Of a stretch of 53,726 bases of DNA, positions 1 to 8,368 are shown one piece after another (the stretch's first letter is position 1; each line of letters begins with the position of its first letter). The stretch is taken from contig JAZGFI010000001.1 of NCBI GenBank assembly GCA_036479435.1, positions 1 to 53,726 on the forward strand, given 5' to 3'. The position numbers were made by a program, and so were the translations under genes. The stretch is from Planctomycetota bacterium. GTDB taxonomy: Bacteria > Planctomycetota > GCA-002687715 > DRQF01. Under the pieces are notes generated by a model. That model saw nothing but the letters and a program-made list of their open reading frames with translations, did no database searches and was not told the DNA's origin.

Positions 1-2
1 TT

Positions 3-407
3 GGACGCCGCACGGAGTGAGCGAACTCGGCTGTCCGAAGGAATCTCAGCCATGGGCACCGATGAGGCCTGGCGGCCCGTGTACAAAGCGCCGTTTATCC
101 GCACTTTTAGGCCACCGTCAACAATCAAGATCGCGCCCATCGCAATAACGAAAAATGCGCCAAAACCAGTCGCCCTCGCGCTATGAGTCTCGGCACGGTC
201 GGCCCAATACTTCGCTGGCGCACTGAGATTGTACTTTTCGTCGATCGCCGCATTAAGCGAATTCAATTTCGCTTCCGCTTCTGCACTGAACTCCGCGATC
301 AATCCTTCTGCCCTCTTGTATGCCTCTTCAACCCCAGTGATTCCCTCCCGGCACTCTTGGTTCCGACGAAGAATATCGTCCGTCGCAGCGGTGCCGTAGG
401 CGTCTGT
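3..407 (-). pseudogene. Start-less gene fragment (coiled-coil followed by a transmembrane segment, DUF6161-like)
   Basis: Manual translation of the minus strand gives an open frame from a TGA at 410-408 to the window edge: ...EAEAKLNSLNAAIDEKYNLSAPAKYWADRAETHSARATGFGAFFVIAMGAILIV... The L-x-AP-x-x-YW motif before a hydrophobic helix resembles DUF6161 proteins. No ATG precedes the coiled-coil part. Confidence 0.4.
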
Positions 408-547
408 TCAGCGTCAAGTAGCTCTACCCACTGGCGACAATTAGAATTCCCCATGGGGGCCGACGTTTTTGGGCCTCCAGGGGTCCCGGTCAGGGCGGAG
501 CCCTGTCTGGGGTCTGGGTCTTACCGCCCGCAAGGCGGTTCCCCCCG

Positions 548-582
548 CTCATCGTGCCCCACAAAGTTCCCGCTGAACACTG
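548..582. repeat. IS terminal inverted repeat (3' end of the transposase)
   Basis: CTCATCGTGCCCCACAAAGTTCCCGCTGAACACTG is the reverse complement of 2862-2896 with one mismatch. Confidence 0.95.
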
Positions 583-2835
583 CTATCCAGATGAGAAGAA
601 AATTCGAGCCACGGCGGTGATCACCGCGAGTTTCTCAAGCCCTCTCCAGATACTCTTGGGACCAGGCTCGCCATCGCATTTTCTTCCGAGAAACCCGCCG
701 ATGCTGGCAACCATTCTTGTTGCGTCGCGTAACGTTGGCGGTTTCTTGGCTGCCTTTGGTGATTTCCGGATGTAGCAATCGAGTGCCTTCCACTCGTCTT
801 CTTCAAAGAAGACAGAGCATGGTATGTCGGGAGTCTCTCGGCCTTGCTTGACAAGGTACATGATCCGCCAGGCTACGACAGCATCAATGGCGAGTGCTGC
901 TTTGAGGGAGGCCGCAGATGAGGATTGTCGATCTTCTATGCGACAGCCACTCTTAAGTGTTTTGAAATACACTTCGATTTGCCATCGTTTCATGTACCAC
1001 CGTACTTTCTCAGCGGCGTCCTCAGCACACTCGATGGGCATGCTCGTTAGGAGCAACCAGTTTATGCGATCACGAACTTGCGTATCCGTTTCTATCGCAG
1101 TGATCGCCCAGGATTGGGTCCCCCGAGTCTTGCCTTTCCTGTTCGGGCTCCGGACCCGTACTTTTCGAAATCGAATCTCCAATTCGGCTTCTCTCGCCAG
1201 CCGTTTGCCTCGGCGCGGCACTTGGACTGACATGCAACCAGCAACCTTCTCGTCAGCGACGAGTTCCCAAACGCTGCCCTCAATCTCCATATCCGCCCTA
1301 AGGCACTTCCGTTCGTGTACGGCACGCACCAACACCTCGGCCTGTCCCTTTTCTGCGGCTTCAAGCACTTCAAACATATCCGATTCGCGATCACCCATCA
1401 CCACGACTTTTGTGTCGCTGAGTCGGCGAGCTGCTTCGTCGGCTTCGGCATAACCTCGAAGCCACTTTTGACTCTCCTTCTCACCAGTTGGAAGAAAATA
1501 GCGTTCGTCGCCGTCTCCGTAGCCTTCTTTGTTGCGCACCCAAGCATTGATATCCAGCATCCCCAACGGCGTGCTCTCTAAGTTCGTAAGCATGAGCGCA
1601 TGCACGTGGATTCCCAAAGTCGCGTTAGCGCCAAAGCTACCAATTGGCCCCAGACCTTTGGTGGATAAATGCTTCGAATAATTGAGGGAAGTCGTGTCTT
1701 GAATCGCCAAGATGACGGACTCTTGTTGCGCACGTACGAGTGTCGCCTCTCGGTGACCGCTCAGGAAGTTTTCAATGCTCGCGTTTGGATGAGACAAGAG
1801 GCGATAAGCTCCTTTTGTCGCCGCTCGGCTCCCACAAGCCGCAGGGAGGCTTGCCGTTGGATTTTGAAAACAAGAGCGACCGTATTCAACCAACCGCTTC
1901 GTCAACCGTCGATCGCCAAGGTCTACGGCACCCCACTCCCTTGTCGCCCAATCAGCGTGGGGATCTAATCTGATAATAGGTTCCAAGCACAGGGTTCGCC
2001 GCCAATCCTTGTCCAAATAGAAAAGCCAAATGCTCTTTTTGGACTCACTGCAATTGTGAGCACGGTCTTGGCGACCACGCCCCGCCGTATCGCCGACGTG
2101 CGCCCAGTTGGATGCTTGATAGCTGGTGCCGCGAAAACGAGACTTGTCCACGAACGATTCAACGACGACGGGCCGAATGCCGTAGAATTCTTGCCAATCA
2201 TCAGCTATGCGCTTGAGAAGAAGCGACTGAACTCGTGATGCAAGATTCTTCTGCCAAACCGCTATGCAAAAACGACTCTGCCCGATGAGCAGCGGCCGAT
2301 TCCGTCGACGCGCTTCTCTGCTCCAGCCGATATGCGAATCTCGCGACGCTACATGAAGCGCCGCATCTGAAAAGCTCGCCGACGCGACGACCTCACCGTT
2401 AGCAGCTTTCACTACGTAACGCAGCTGACGGCCGCACAATGGACCTGAACCAAGATAATGGCAGGTCTCTAACGTCTCATTCCAAATCTCGTGCAATGGG
2501 TCAGATCGCCCTCGAACTAAGAACGTTGCCAACGAACCAAGATCAAAGTTCCCTTTGCGACGGTTCGCAATCTTAGTTTGATGAGGACCGCGCTTCTGGC
2601 TCTTTCCACGAGGCGGCGCTGCGTTCGTGACATCCGCGAGGTTAATCTTCGCGCTTCGCCCTAACCGACCCAAATCGATCCGAGCTGTCACCTCGCGACG
2701 ACGACCAAGGCCATCAAACAGATTCAATCGGTCGCACAAACGGCGAGCCAACTCCGAGCGAGAGCCGCATTGATGGCTTTCCTTCTCTATCCAGGCTACG
2801 TCGGTAGCGCTTAACTCCGTGCCTCCAATTCGCAT
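583..2835 (-). CDS. IS4/Tn5-type DDE transposase fused to an N-terminal DUF4338 (DruA-like) domain
   Basis: The C-terminal ~460 aa carry Tn5-type motifs: WATREWGAVDLGDRRLTKRL (DNA binding), IQDTT and GDRESD (two catalytic Asp), YMKRWQIEVYFKTLK (Y-2-R-3-E-6-K signature) and IGGFLGRKCDGEPG (dimerisation tail). The N-terminal ~290 aa carry HYLG, RDSHIGW, NLAS and ESFVD..RFRGTSYQASNW..VG.T.GRG, typical of DUF4338. Confidence 0.92.
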   Translation of the reverse strand: MRIGGTELSATDVAWIEKESHQCGSRSELARRLCDRLNLFDGLGRRREVTARIDLGRLGRSAKINLADVTNAAPPRGKSQKRGPHQTKIANRRKGNFDLGSLATFLVRGRSDPLHEIWNETLETCHYLGSGPLCGRQLRYVVKAANGEVVASASFSDAALHVASRDSHIGWSREARRRNRPLLIGQSRFCIAVWQKNLASRVQSLLLKRIADDWQEFYGIRPVVVESFVDKSRFRGTSYQASNWAHVGDTAGRGRQDRAHNCSESKKSIWLFYLDKDWRRTLCLEPIIRLDPHADWATREWGAVDLGDRRLTKRLVEYGRSCFQNPTASLPAACGSRAATKGAYRLLSHPNASIENFLSGHREATLVRAQQESVILAIQDTTSLNYSKHLSTKGLGPIGSFGANATLGIHVHALMLTNLESTPLGMLDINAWVRNKEGYGDGDERYFLPTGEKESQKWLRGYAEADEAARRLSDTKVVVMGDRESDMFEVLEAAEKGQAEVLVRAVHERKCLRADMEIEGSVWELVADEKVAGCMSVQVPRRGKRLAREAELEIRFRKVRVRSPNRKGKTRGTQSWAITAIETDTQVRDRINWLLLTSMPIECAEDAAEKVRWYMKRWQIEVYFKTLKSGCRIEDRQSSSAASLKAALAIDAVVAWRIMYLVKQGRETPDIPCSVFFEEDEWKALDCYIRKSPKAAKKPPTLRDATRMVASIGGFLGRKCDGEPGPKSIWRGLEKLAVITAVARIFFSSG

Positions 2836-2861
2836 GGACTATTCATAGCGCAGATTTACTC

Positions 2862-2896
2862 CAGTGTCCAGCGGGAACTTTGTGGGGCACGATGAG
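2862..2896. repeat. IS terminal inverted repeat (5' end of the transposase)
   Basis: CAGTGTCCAGCGGGAACTTTGTGGGGCACGATGAG pairs with 548-582. Confidence 0.95.
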
Positions 2897-2970
2897 GGAG
2901 GGGGGGTGGATGCCGGGCCCGTTCCAGTTCTCTCCAAGAAGGTGCAAAATGTTCTGACACTGAGCACGGT

Positions 2971-3987
2971 TTATTCTAAGACCAATGCAGCACGACGACG
3001 CGAGGCTGGCGACCCAGCGAGGATGAGCGCTCGTACACCATCGGTCCGACCTACGACTTGTCGGTGAACCGCCAACATTGCGACCCCGAGAAATGCTGCG
3101 CCACAGTCTCCGAAGGCGGGGGCGGGAGATTCGGGCTCCGTCCCGGGGACGAGATGATCACGACTGATCCGATGCAGCGTGTAGGAGAGCTGTGCCGCTC
3201 GATAACGACTGCCGTTCCAATCCGTGATGACGCAGTTCACGGGTGTAGGATCATCACGAAAAGCCAGAAAAGCTGCATCCGACGTCCCCGTAAAGATGCT
3301 ATCCTGCTGGTCGAATTCGTCGATAGGCTCGGCTCCTTCGCCGACCCCGAAGATGTGAGCAAACGGCGCATCCGTCGTACCAGGAATGATGAGAACTGCA
3401 GCGGCAGCCTCGCCCGGAACTAAGCCGTAAGGGTTTTCCTGAAACGAAAAGAGCAGGTCATGCTCACTTAAGGCCGTCAGGCGCTTTCTGTCTGAGTAGC
3501 TGTCCGCGCACAACATGAGCGTCGTGATCTCGATTGTGCCCATGGCCCCGAGGGCATAGGCAGCTCCGCCGAACTCGGACCTCGATCGCCGCACTTGAAC
3601 GCGGTGCATTGCGAGCCTCTGGGCGACAGAGTCTGCGAGTTCTGTCGCGATACGCTCAGCCGTGGTCCGCGAAATTCCGTCCCGCGCAGATACTTCAGGT
3701 AGATTGATAATAACGTCGATCGGACCGTTTAGAGACTTCCTGGCTGCCATCAAGCGATCGAAGAGATCGTCGATGGCTTCTTCTGCCAGAGCGCTAACGC
3801 GATCTTTCAGGCTTCCCACGGATTCCGCGTGGCGGAAGGCACATACCTGCTTTTTGAAGTCAGAGCCGACGAAGCTCGGGTTCGAAAAATATGCGGACCG
3901 AGCCTTATTGAGTGCTGCAAGAGTCGCCTCGACACTCGAACCCATTGCCGTCGCAAGGCCCATCTCGAAGATCTCGATCTCGTTCAT
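2971..3987 (-). CDS. T6SS-associated beta-ketoacyl-synthase-like protein (PRK06147-like, DUF2169 partner)
   Basis: Motifs CADSYSD, GLVPGEAAAAVL, DWNGSRYRA and FGDCGAA, plus co-location with DUF2169 and DUF4150 genes. Confidence 0.75.
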   Translation of the reverse strand: MNEIEIFEMGLATAMGSSVEATLAALNKARSAYFSNPSFVGSDFKKQVCAFRHAESVGSLKDRVSALAEEAIDDLFDRLMAARKSLNGPIDVIINLPEVSARDGISRTTAERIATELADSVAQRLAMHRVQVRRSRSEFGGAAYALGAMGTIEITTLMLCADSYSDRKRLTALSEHDLLFSFQENPYGLVPGEAAAAVLIIPGTTDAPFAHIFGVGEGAEPIDEFDQQDSIFTGTSDAAFLAFRDDPTPVNCVITDWNGSRYRAAQLSYTLHRISRDHLVPGTEPESPAPAFGDCGAAFLGVAMLAVHRQVVGRTDGVRALILAGSPASRRRAALVLE

Positions 3988-4793
3988 GGTGTAATCCGCA
4001 CACGAACGTCATCGAGCTGACCGGAAGCGAGCGCAAAAAGTAACTCAGCCAAGTAAGGCCCTTCGACGCTGATGTTTTCGATGACGAATTCGCCGTCACG
4101 AAAATCCAGCTCTTCTTCGCCAGGTTCGTTTTCTATGACCGTATCGAGCGGAACAAACGCACCGACCATGGCGGTTGAGAGCCAGTCGTCTTCCAAGTCT
4201 TCCGACAATTCGGCGTTATTGGCGAGGACAGACACGCAAACGGATCTGGCCTCAACGAGTCCCATCAGTGAGCCATGGCCAAGACTCGGCACTCCATCCG
4301 CAATGGGCTCCAAAGGAGACGCGTCAACCAAGTCGACTCCGTTCGGTCCCTCCGCCGTGACCACAAGCTTACAGATGTCGCGCTGATAGACGAGATCGTT
4401 GAGGATGGCACGCGCCTCATCCTCGCTCCCGAGTGTCCGCGCCAAATCCTCGAGGGCGTTGGGGGGCAATTGGTGCAAGTGATATATTACGCGGATAGCA
4501 GCCGGAAGGAAATTGACATGAACGCCGACTGATTCGAGGGCTATGACGGTCGTGTCAGCCGTCAGGCGTGAAACCGTGATCGTCGTGCTCCCTTCGCGCC
4601 CCTGGCTACGACCGAGAAAACCCGCGTTGATGAGGCCAGCGAGGCTGTTGAAAGTATCCTTGAGTTCTTCGGCACGCTCGCTCGGGCGATGCCCCGCGGC
4701 AGCATAGGTGACTTCAAGCTCGAGCCTTGTCACGATCAGGGGAAGTCTGTCAGGGCAACTGAGTGTCGTTAGGATTGTCGAGTTTGCAGGCAT
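3984..4793 (-). CDS. Hypothetical acidic protein in the effector cassette
   Basis: 269-aa ORF in the operon: 12 bp after the immunity gene and overlapping the next gene by 4 bp. D/E-rich C-terminus. No family recognised. Confidence 0.7.
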   Translation of the reverse strand: MPANSTILTTLSCPDRLPLIVTRLELEVTYAAAGHRPSERAEELKDTFNSLAGLINAGFLGRSQGREGSTTITVSRLTADTTVIALESVGVHVNFLPAAIRVIYHLHQLPPNALEDLARTLGSEDEARAILNDLVYQRDICKLVVTAEGPNGVDLVDASPLEPIADGVPSLGHGSLMGLVEARSVCVSVLANNAELSEDLEDDWLSTAMVGAFVPLDTVIENEPGEEELDFRDGEFVIENISVEGPYLAELLFALASGQLDDVRVRITP

Positions 4794-4805
4794 CTGGTCT
4801 ATCTT

Positions 4806-5738
4806 TCAGTCGTAGCGCCCAAGGTAGGCGTCGATGCGATCACGCCCACTTGCATCGTCTGAGAGGTCACCGAAGAGGCTTCGATATGCGACTTCTGACG
4901 GATAGCGAATGGGGCGAAGAGCGGCAGCCACGGCCTGGTACGGGGAGATATCTTCCCCCGCGTTGACGTCACCCCAAATCGGTTCCTCGCCCGCCGTCAA
5001 GACGACGACCTTCTCACGTACATCGACAGCGACTCCCTCATGGTCGATCTCATTGAGCCCGGGAGTGCGCTCGAGGAACGACTCTCCGACGAACGTTCGC
5101 CACCCGATGTCAGGGATGCCCGGAGAGATATCTGGAAACTGAGACCACGGGAAGGGGGAGCGTTCGACACGAACTCCATCTATCGCGTCGCTGACGAAAA
5201 ACTCGATCGCGGTGCGATAGCGCATCGTTGTGCGAGGGAATCTCGTGATCAGGCTTTCGAAGCTGATCGGGACGGCAAAGCCCATGCCTTGGACTGCCGA
5301 CAAGAGTGGTAACTCCTGGAGGACATGAGCCAGATCGTCGGCAAAGGTGCCGACGTTTTCGTCCGGGATACTAGTCTCGAGAAGGACGCAACCATCATGC
5401 TCGTCGACCCTGAATGAAGGGACGCGAGGAGCATTGAAGTCTTCCGTGGGGTAGCGAAAGAGGCGAAGGGTTGCGGCGAACTCCTTTCTACCCGTTCTGA
5501 ACCACTTGCGGCCATCGTTCAGGAGGCGTGTTGTGACCTCCTTCGGAGCGAGGCGACGATCTCCGTCCCGCATGCCAATCACGCCCACGTCCCCGCCAAA
5601 TACCTCCGAGAAGACGTCGTAGGCCTGGCCAAGTCGCTCCGCCAGTTCACTATCGTTGAGGCTGCCGTCGATCCACGCAAGCGTTCTGAACGCTGGCTCT
5701 GCGACAGGCTCGTCATCCAGAGTCAATACCTTGGGCAT
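4806..5738 (-). CDS. T6SS immunity protein, DUF3396 (TsiV/TsiT-like)
   Basis: Motifs DIGWRTFVG, VLTAGEEPIWGDVN and YQAVAAALRP. Lies 4 bp downstream of the PAAR-nuclease gene. Confidence 0.82.
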   Translation of the reverse strand: MPKVLTLDDEPVAEPAFRTLAWIDGSLNDSELAERLGQAYDVFSEVFGGDVGVIGMRDGDRRLAPKEVTTRLLNDGRKWFRTGRKEFAATLRLFRYPTEDFNAPRVPSFRVDEHDGCVLLETSIPDENVGTFADDLAHVLQELPLLSAVQGMGFAVPISFESLITRFPRTTMRYRTAIEFFVSDAIDGVRVERSPFPWSQFPDISPGIPDIGWRTFVGESFLERTPGLNEIDHEGVAVDVREKVVVLTAGEEPIWGDVNAGEDISPYQAVAAALRPIRYPSEVAYRSLFGDLSDDASGRDRIDAYLGRYD

Positions 5739-5742
5739 GTCG

Positions 5743-6867
5743 TTATCCGAGATTCAAGTTGGGTTTCTTCGGCCCCTTCGAGCATTTGCAGGTTTCGTTG
5801 TCTACTTTGGTCGGTTTCTTGCCACCGGTCGCCTTCTTGTAGGCTTCGAACTGTTTTGGCTTTTTTTGCCAACCGTCGACGTAGCCTGAATCCGGATCGT
5901 CGAACTTGAAGTCGTAAATCTTCTCGAGGGCACCATCGTCGCCCATCACGGCGAAATCAGGTTGAATTTTGATTGCCTTTTCGAAAAGAAGGTCCGAGCT
6001 TTTCACCATCCCATAGATGTCATTGACCATCATTGCGGTGTCGACGACATCGTAAATGGTCGAAATGACATTGAGGCCGGGGACCAATTTCATCCAGGAC
6101 TTGGCGGCCATCTTCGCGCCCTTCTTGATGAGTCCCTTTTTAATGAGCTTCTTGATCTGTCGATCGATTGCTCGCTTCATCCCGTTCTTGTCGTAGATCT
6201 TTCGCGCACCGTCGAAAATCTTGTCAGCAGAGCTGAAAAAGCTCCGTTCGGCGGCTCCAACACCTTTGGGGAACTTCTTCTTTACGGCCTTGTTGAGCTT
6301 GCTTCCCTTTCGTCCGAGCTTTGAATCAACCTTGTCCCTGGCGAGTGTGGATGGTCGCTTGCACTTTCCACCCGCCTTCTTGCACTTGTGCCATTTCTCG
6401 CGGGCTTCGCAGAAGATCTTGCAGAGTTCCCTCAAGATTGGGTCGGCGACGCTCAGAGGAGCCTCGTAGTGGCCTCCTGCACCAGACACTGTGTTCTTGT
6501 TGTTCATGAACATCTTGTCGGAGAGGCGAGCGACGTTCTTGCCTTCAACGTATACATTCATGGACCAAGTAATCCATGTGCTTTCATGCAGATTGGTGCT
6601 CGAAGCCACGCCCTTCAGCGTTCCAGCTTCGTCGCCAATGCACTTCGAATGAGCCGAACCCTTGCAGTCAATCGAGTTGCCGCCGTCCGCCAGGACCGTC
6701 GACGTTCCGCGAACAAGGTCACGTGAGAAGGAAGTAATAGTGTAGGGAATGGGAACTACGGAGTTCCCAACGGGCGTCTTGCACACGTCGGGGGCCGAGC
6801 ACATCTCGAATCCGGAGGTTCCCTTGTGAGAGATTGTAAGGCCATTCGCCGATACGGTCTGAGTCAT
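5743..6867 (-). CDS. PAAR-like (DUF4150) effector with a C-terminal PD-(D/E)xK (VRR-Nuc/TseV-like) nuclease
   Basis: The N-terminus has TVSANGLTISHKG..PDVCKTP..VPIPY..GDEAG..NVYVEGKNVARLSD (DUF4150). The C-terminus has QPDFAV...IYDFKFDD...W...QF.AY...CKC. The protein is very Lys-rich. Confidence 0.85.
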   Translation of the reverse strand: MTQTVSANGLTISHKGTSGFEMCSAPDVCKTPVGNSVVPIPYTITSFSRDLVRGTSTVLADGGNSIDCKGSAHSKCIGDEAGTLKGVASSTNLHESTWITWSMNVYVEGKNVARLSDKMFMNNKNTVSGAGGHYEAPLSVADPILRELCKIFCEAREKWHKCKKAGGKCKRPSTLARDKVDSKLGRKGSKLNKAVKKKFPKGVGAAERSFFSSADKIFDGARKIYDKNGMKRAIDRQIKKLIKKGLIKKGAKMAAKSWMKLVPGLNVISTIYDVVDTAMMVNDIYGMVKSSDLLFEKAIKIQPDFAVMGDDGALEKIYDFKFDDPDSGYVDGWQKKPKQFEAYKKATGGKKPTKVDNETCKCSKGPKKPNLNLG

Positions 6868-7946
6868 GGAGCGACCGCCTCTACTTCGGGGTCGTCGTCG
6901 TTAGCTGTAAAACGTCGGATGTCCGATGGCGCCACGACGAATCCGTCATGGCCTCGCATCGAGACGACCGTCTCTTTGACGCGGACGTCGTGTTGAGCCG
7001 CGCCGATGGGCAGCGCGGCCGCAAAGGTCAACGAGAGACGGCGAGAGTCGACTGAAAGTTCGATCGCCTGAACCGAGGCCGTGAGGGGCGACCAATTTCC
7101 GGAGAAGCGCGTATGAATCTCGAAATCGAGGGACGGGACCATGAGTTTCATCGGCGGAGTTGCAGTGAGCCCGTCTGAAGACGTCATATTCGTCAGCATG
7201 AGCTCCTGCCCCATGACTGCGTCTGCGGGAAGTTGTTGATCTGCTGCGACGCTCTGCCAGAAGCGAAGATCGAGATCTGCGGGGAAGAGAGGGGCGCGGC
7301 GGCGCATCCATTCGTCGTCATATGTGCCAGCGAAACGGACTCGCTCCGGCCAGCCGGTCGGTATGCCACTGAACCCCACGCCAGGACGCTCTTCGGTGGG
7401 ATTCCTGTAGGGCTCATCGGCCGGAGAAAGGCGCGGGACTGCCTGGCCGATCATGTCAGTGCGGCGCTTTGCGTGACCGTGTCCGATAGGATTGAGGCGG
7501 GAGTCGGGACCACCGAAGCTCTGCGTGTATCTGAGCGGAAGACACCCATTGAAAGTGCTGGAATCTTTTGCCACACCACCCCACCGTCGGTAGACCACCG
7601 GCGCGTTAACTTGCAGTCTTTTTTCCCAACCTCCGATGCTCACAGAGGCAATGTAGGGCGCGTCTCTGCAACCGGCCGGTGGGTAGCCGGTCGCATCTAC
7701 CACGACGTCTACGAGCGCCTTCAACGGGACGACCTCGACGTCCGCTAGCAGATCGCTTTGGGGATCGTCATTGAAGAAAATTGGCGACGCGTGAAGCGGT
7801 ACCTGATCCGTTGCGAAGAGGCATTTCTGATCTGGTCGCATGACAAAGGACGCCTTGATGTGGACAAGCCAAAATGTAGCCACCGTGTGGTCGCGGATGA
7901 AGCTCCCGCGCACGTGAAAGGGCGTCTTGTTGTCGATGTCCCACAT
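6864..7946 (-). CDS. DUF2169 T6SS effector adaptor
   Basis: Begins M.I.N.TPF and carries KASF, FGG...NPIG.G and RFAGTYDDEW...R.P..P.D.D.RF.Q motifs. Lies directly upstream of the DUF4150 gene. Confidence 0.9.
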   Translation of the reverse strand: MWDIDNKTPFHVRGSFIRDHTVATFWLVHIKASFVMRPDQKCLFATDQVPLHASPIFFNDDPQSDLLADVEVVPLKALVDVVVDATGYPPAGCRDAPYIASVSIGGWEKRLQVNAPVVYRRWGGVAKDSSTFNGCLPLRYTQSFGGPDSRLNPIGHGHAKRRTDMIGQAVPRLSPADEPYRNPTEERPGVGFSGIPTGWPERVRFAGTYDDEWMRRRAPLFPADLDLRFWQSVAADQQLPADAVMGQELMLTNMTSSDGLTATPPMKLMVPSLDFEIHTRFSGNWSPLTASVQAIELSVDSRRLSLTFAAALPIGAAQHDVRVKETVVSMRGHDGFVVAPSDIRRFTANDDDPEVEAVAP

Positions 7947-7951
7947 AGTGT

Positions 7952-8368
7952 TCAGTTCAAGTCGATAAACGCACCGACGAGCGCGAAATGACCATTTGAC
8001 TCGAGTCGCACGTCATCTGCCCGAAGACGGACTCTGCCGTCAGCGTGAAGATGAAGCTCCGAGCGACCAGCACGCAGAACAAGGTCGTCGCCTTCTGGAA
8101 CCTGTGCGGCCGTCGCACGGATGAGATCCGTTGCCGTCGCATAGCCCAAGATGGCCAGTCCTTTCCCACCTGGTAGAGCGCGACAAACTGCCGTGAAATC
8201 ATCTTCGGTCTCGGGCAAGGGCACCAGCGCGAGAACGGCGTCGGCGGCGATGCCGTCGAGGAGTGGTTGGCCGCCGCTCGTGCGACCGACGACTCGGACA
8301 AGTCGAAGGAACAAACTGTCGCTCGGGGCCGCGCGAACGTCTGACTCGACGAGTGAGTCCTGCATCAT
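7952..8368 (-). CDS. DUF6484-like small protein resembling the VgrG/gp5 C-terminal spike tip
   Basis: Start re-called at ATG 8368 after an AAAGGAG RBS (138 aa). The C-terminus reads LVLRAGRSELHLHADGRVRL...VGAFIDLN. Confidence 0.7.
   Translation of the reverse strand: MMQDSLVESDVRAAPSDSLFLRLVRVVGRTSGGQPLLDGIAADAVLALVPLPETEDDFTAVCRALPGGKGLAILGYATATDLIRATAAQVPEGDDLVLRAGRSELHLHADGRVRLRADDVRLESNGHFALVGAFIDLN

Larger units (their letters stand above)
548..2896 (-). mobile_element. IS4-family (IS50/Tn5 subgroup) insertion sequence, 2,349 bp, apparently intact
   Basis: 35-bp terminal inverted repeats (548-582 and 2862-2896, 34/35 identical) tightly bracket one transposase ORF: the stop codon abuts the left IR and the ATG lies 26 bp inside the right IR. 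No target-site duplication is visible. Confidence 0.93.

Noticed and set aside
583..2835. A complete Druantia defence system
   Set aside because: Only a DruA-like domain is present. There is no DruE helicase or other dru gene in the window.
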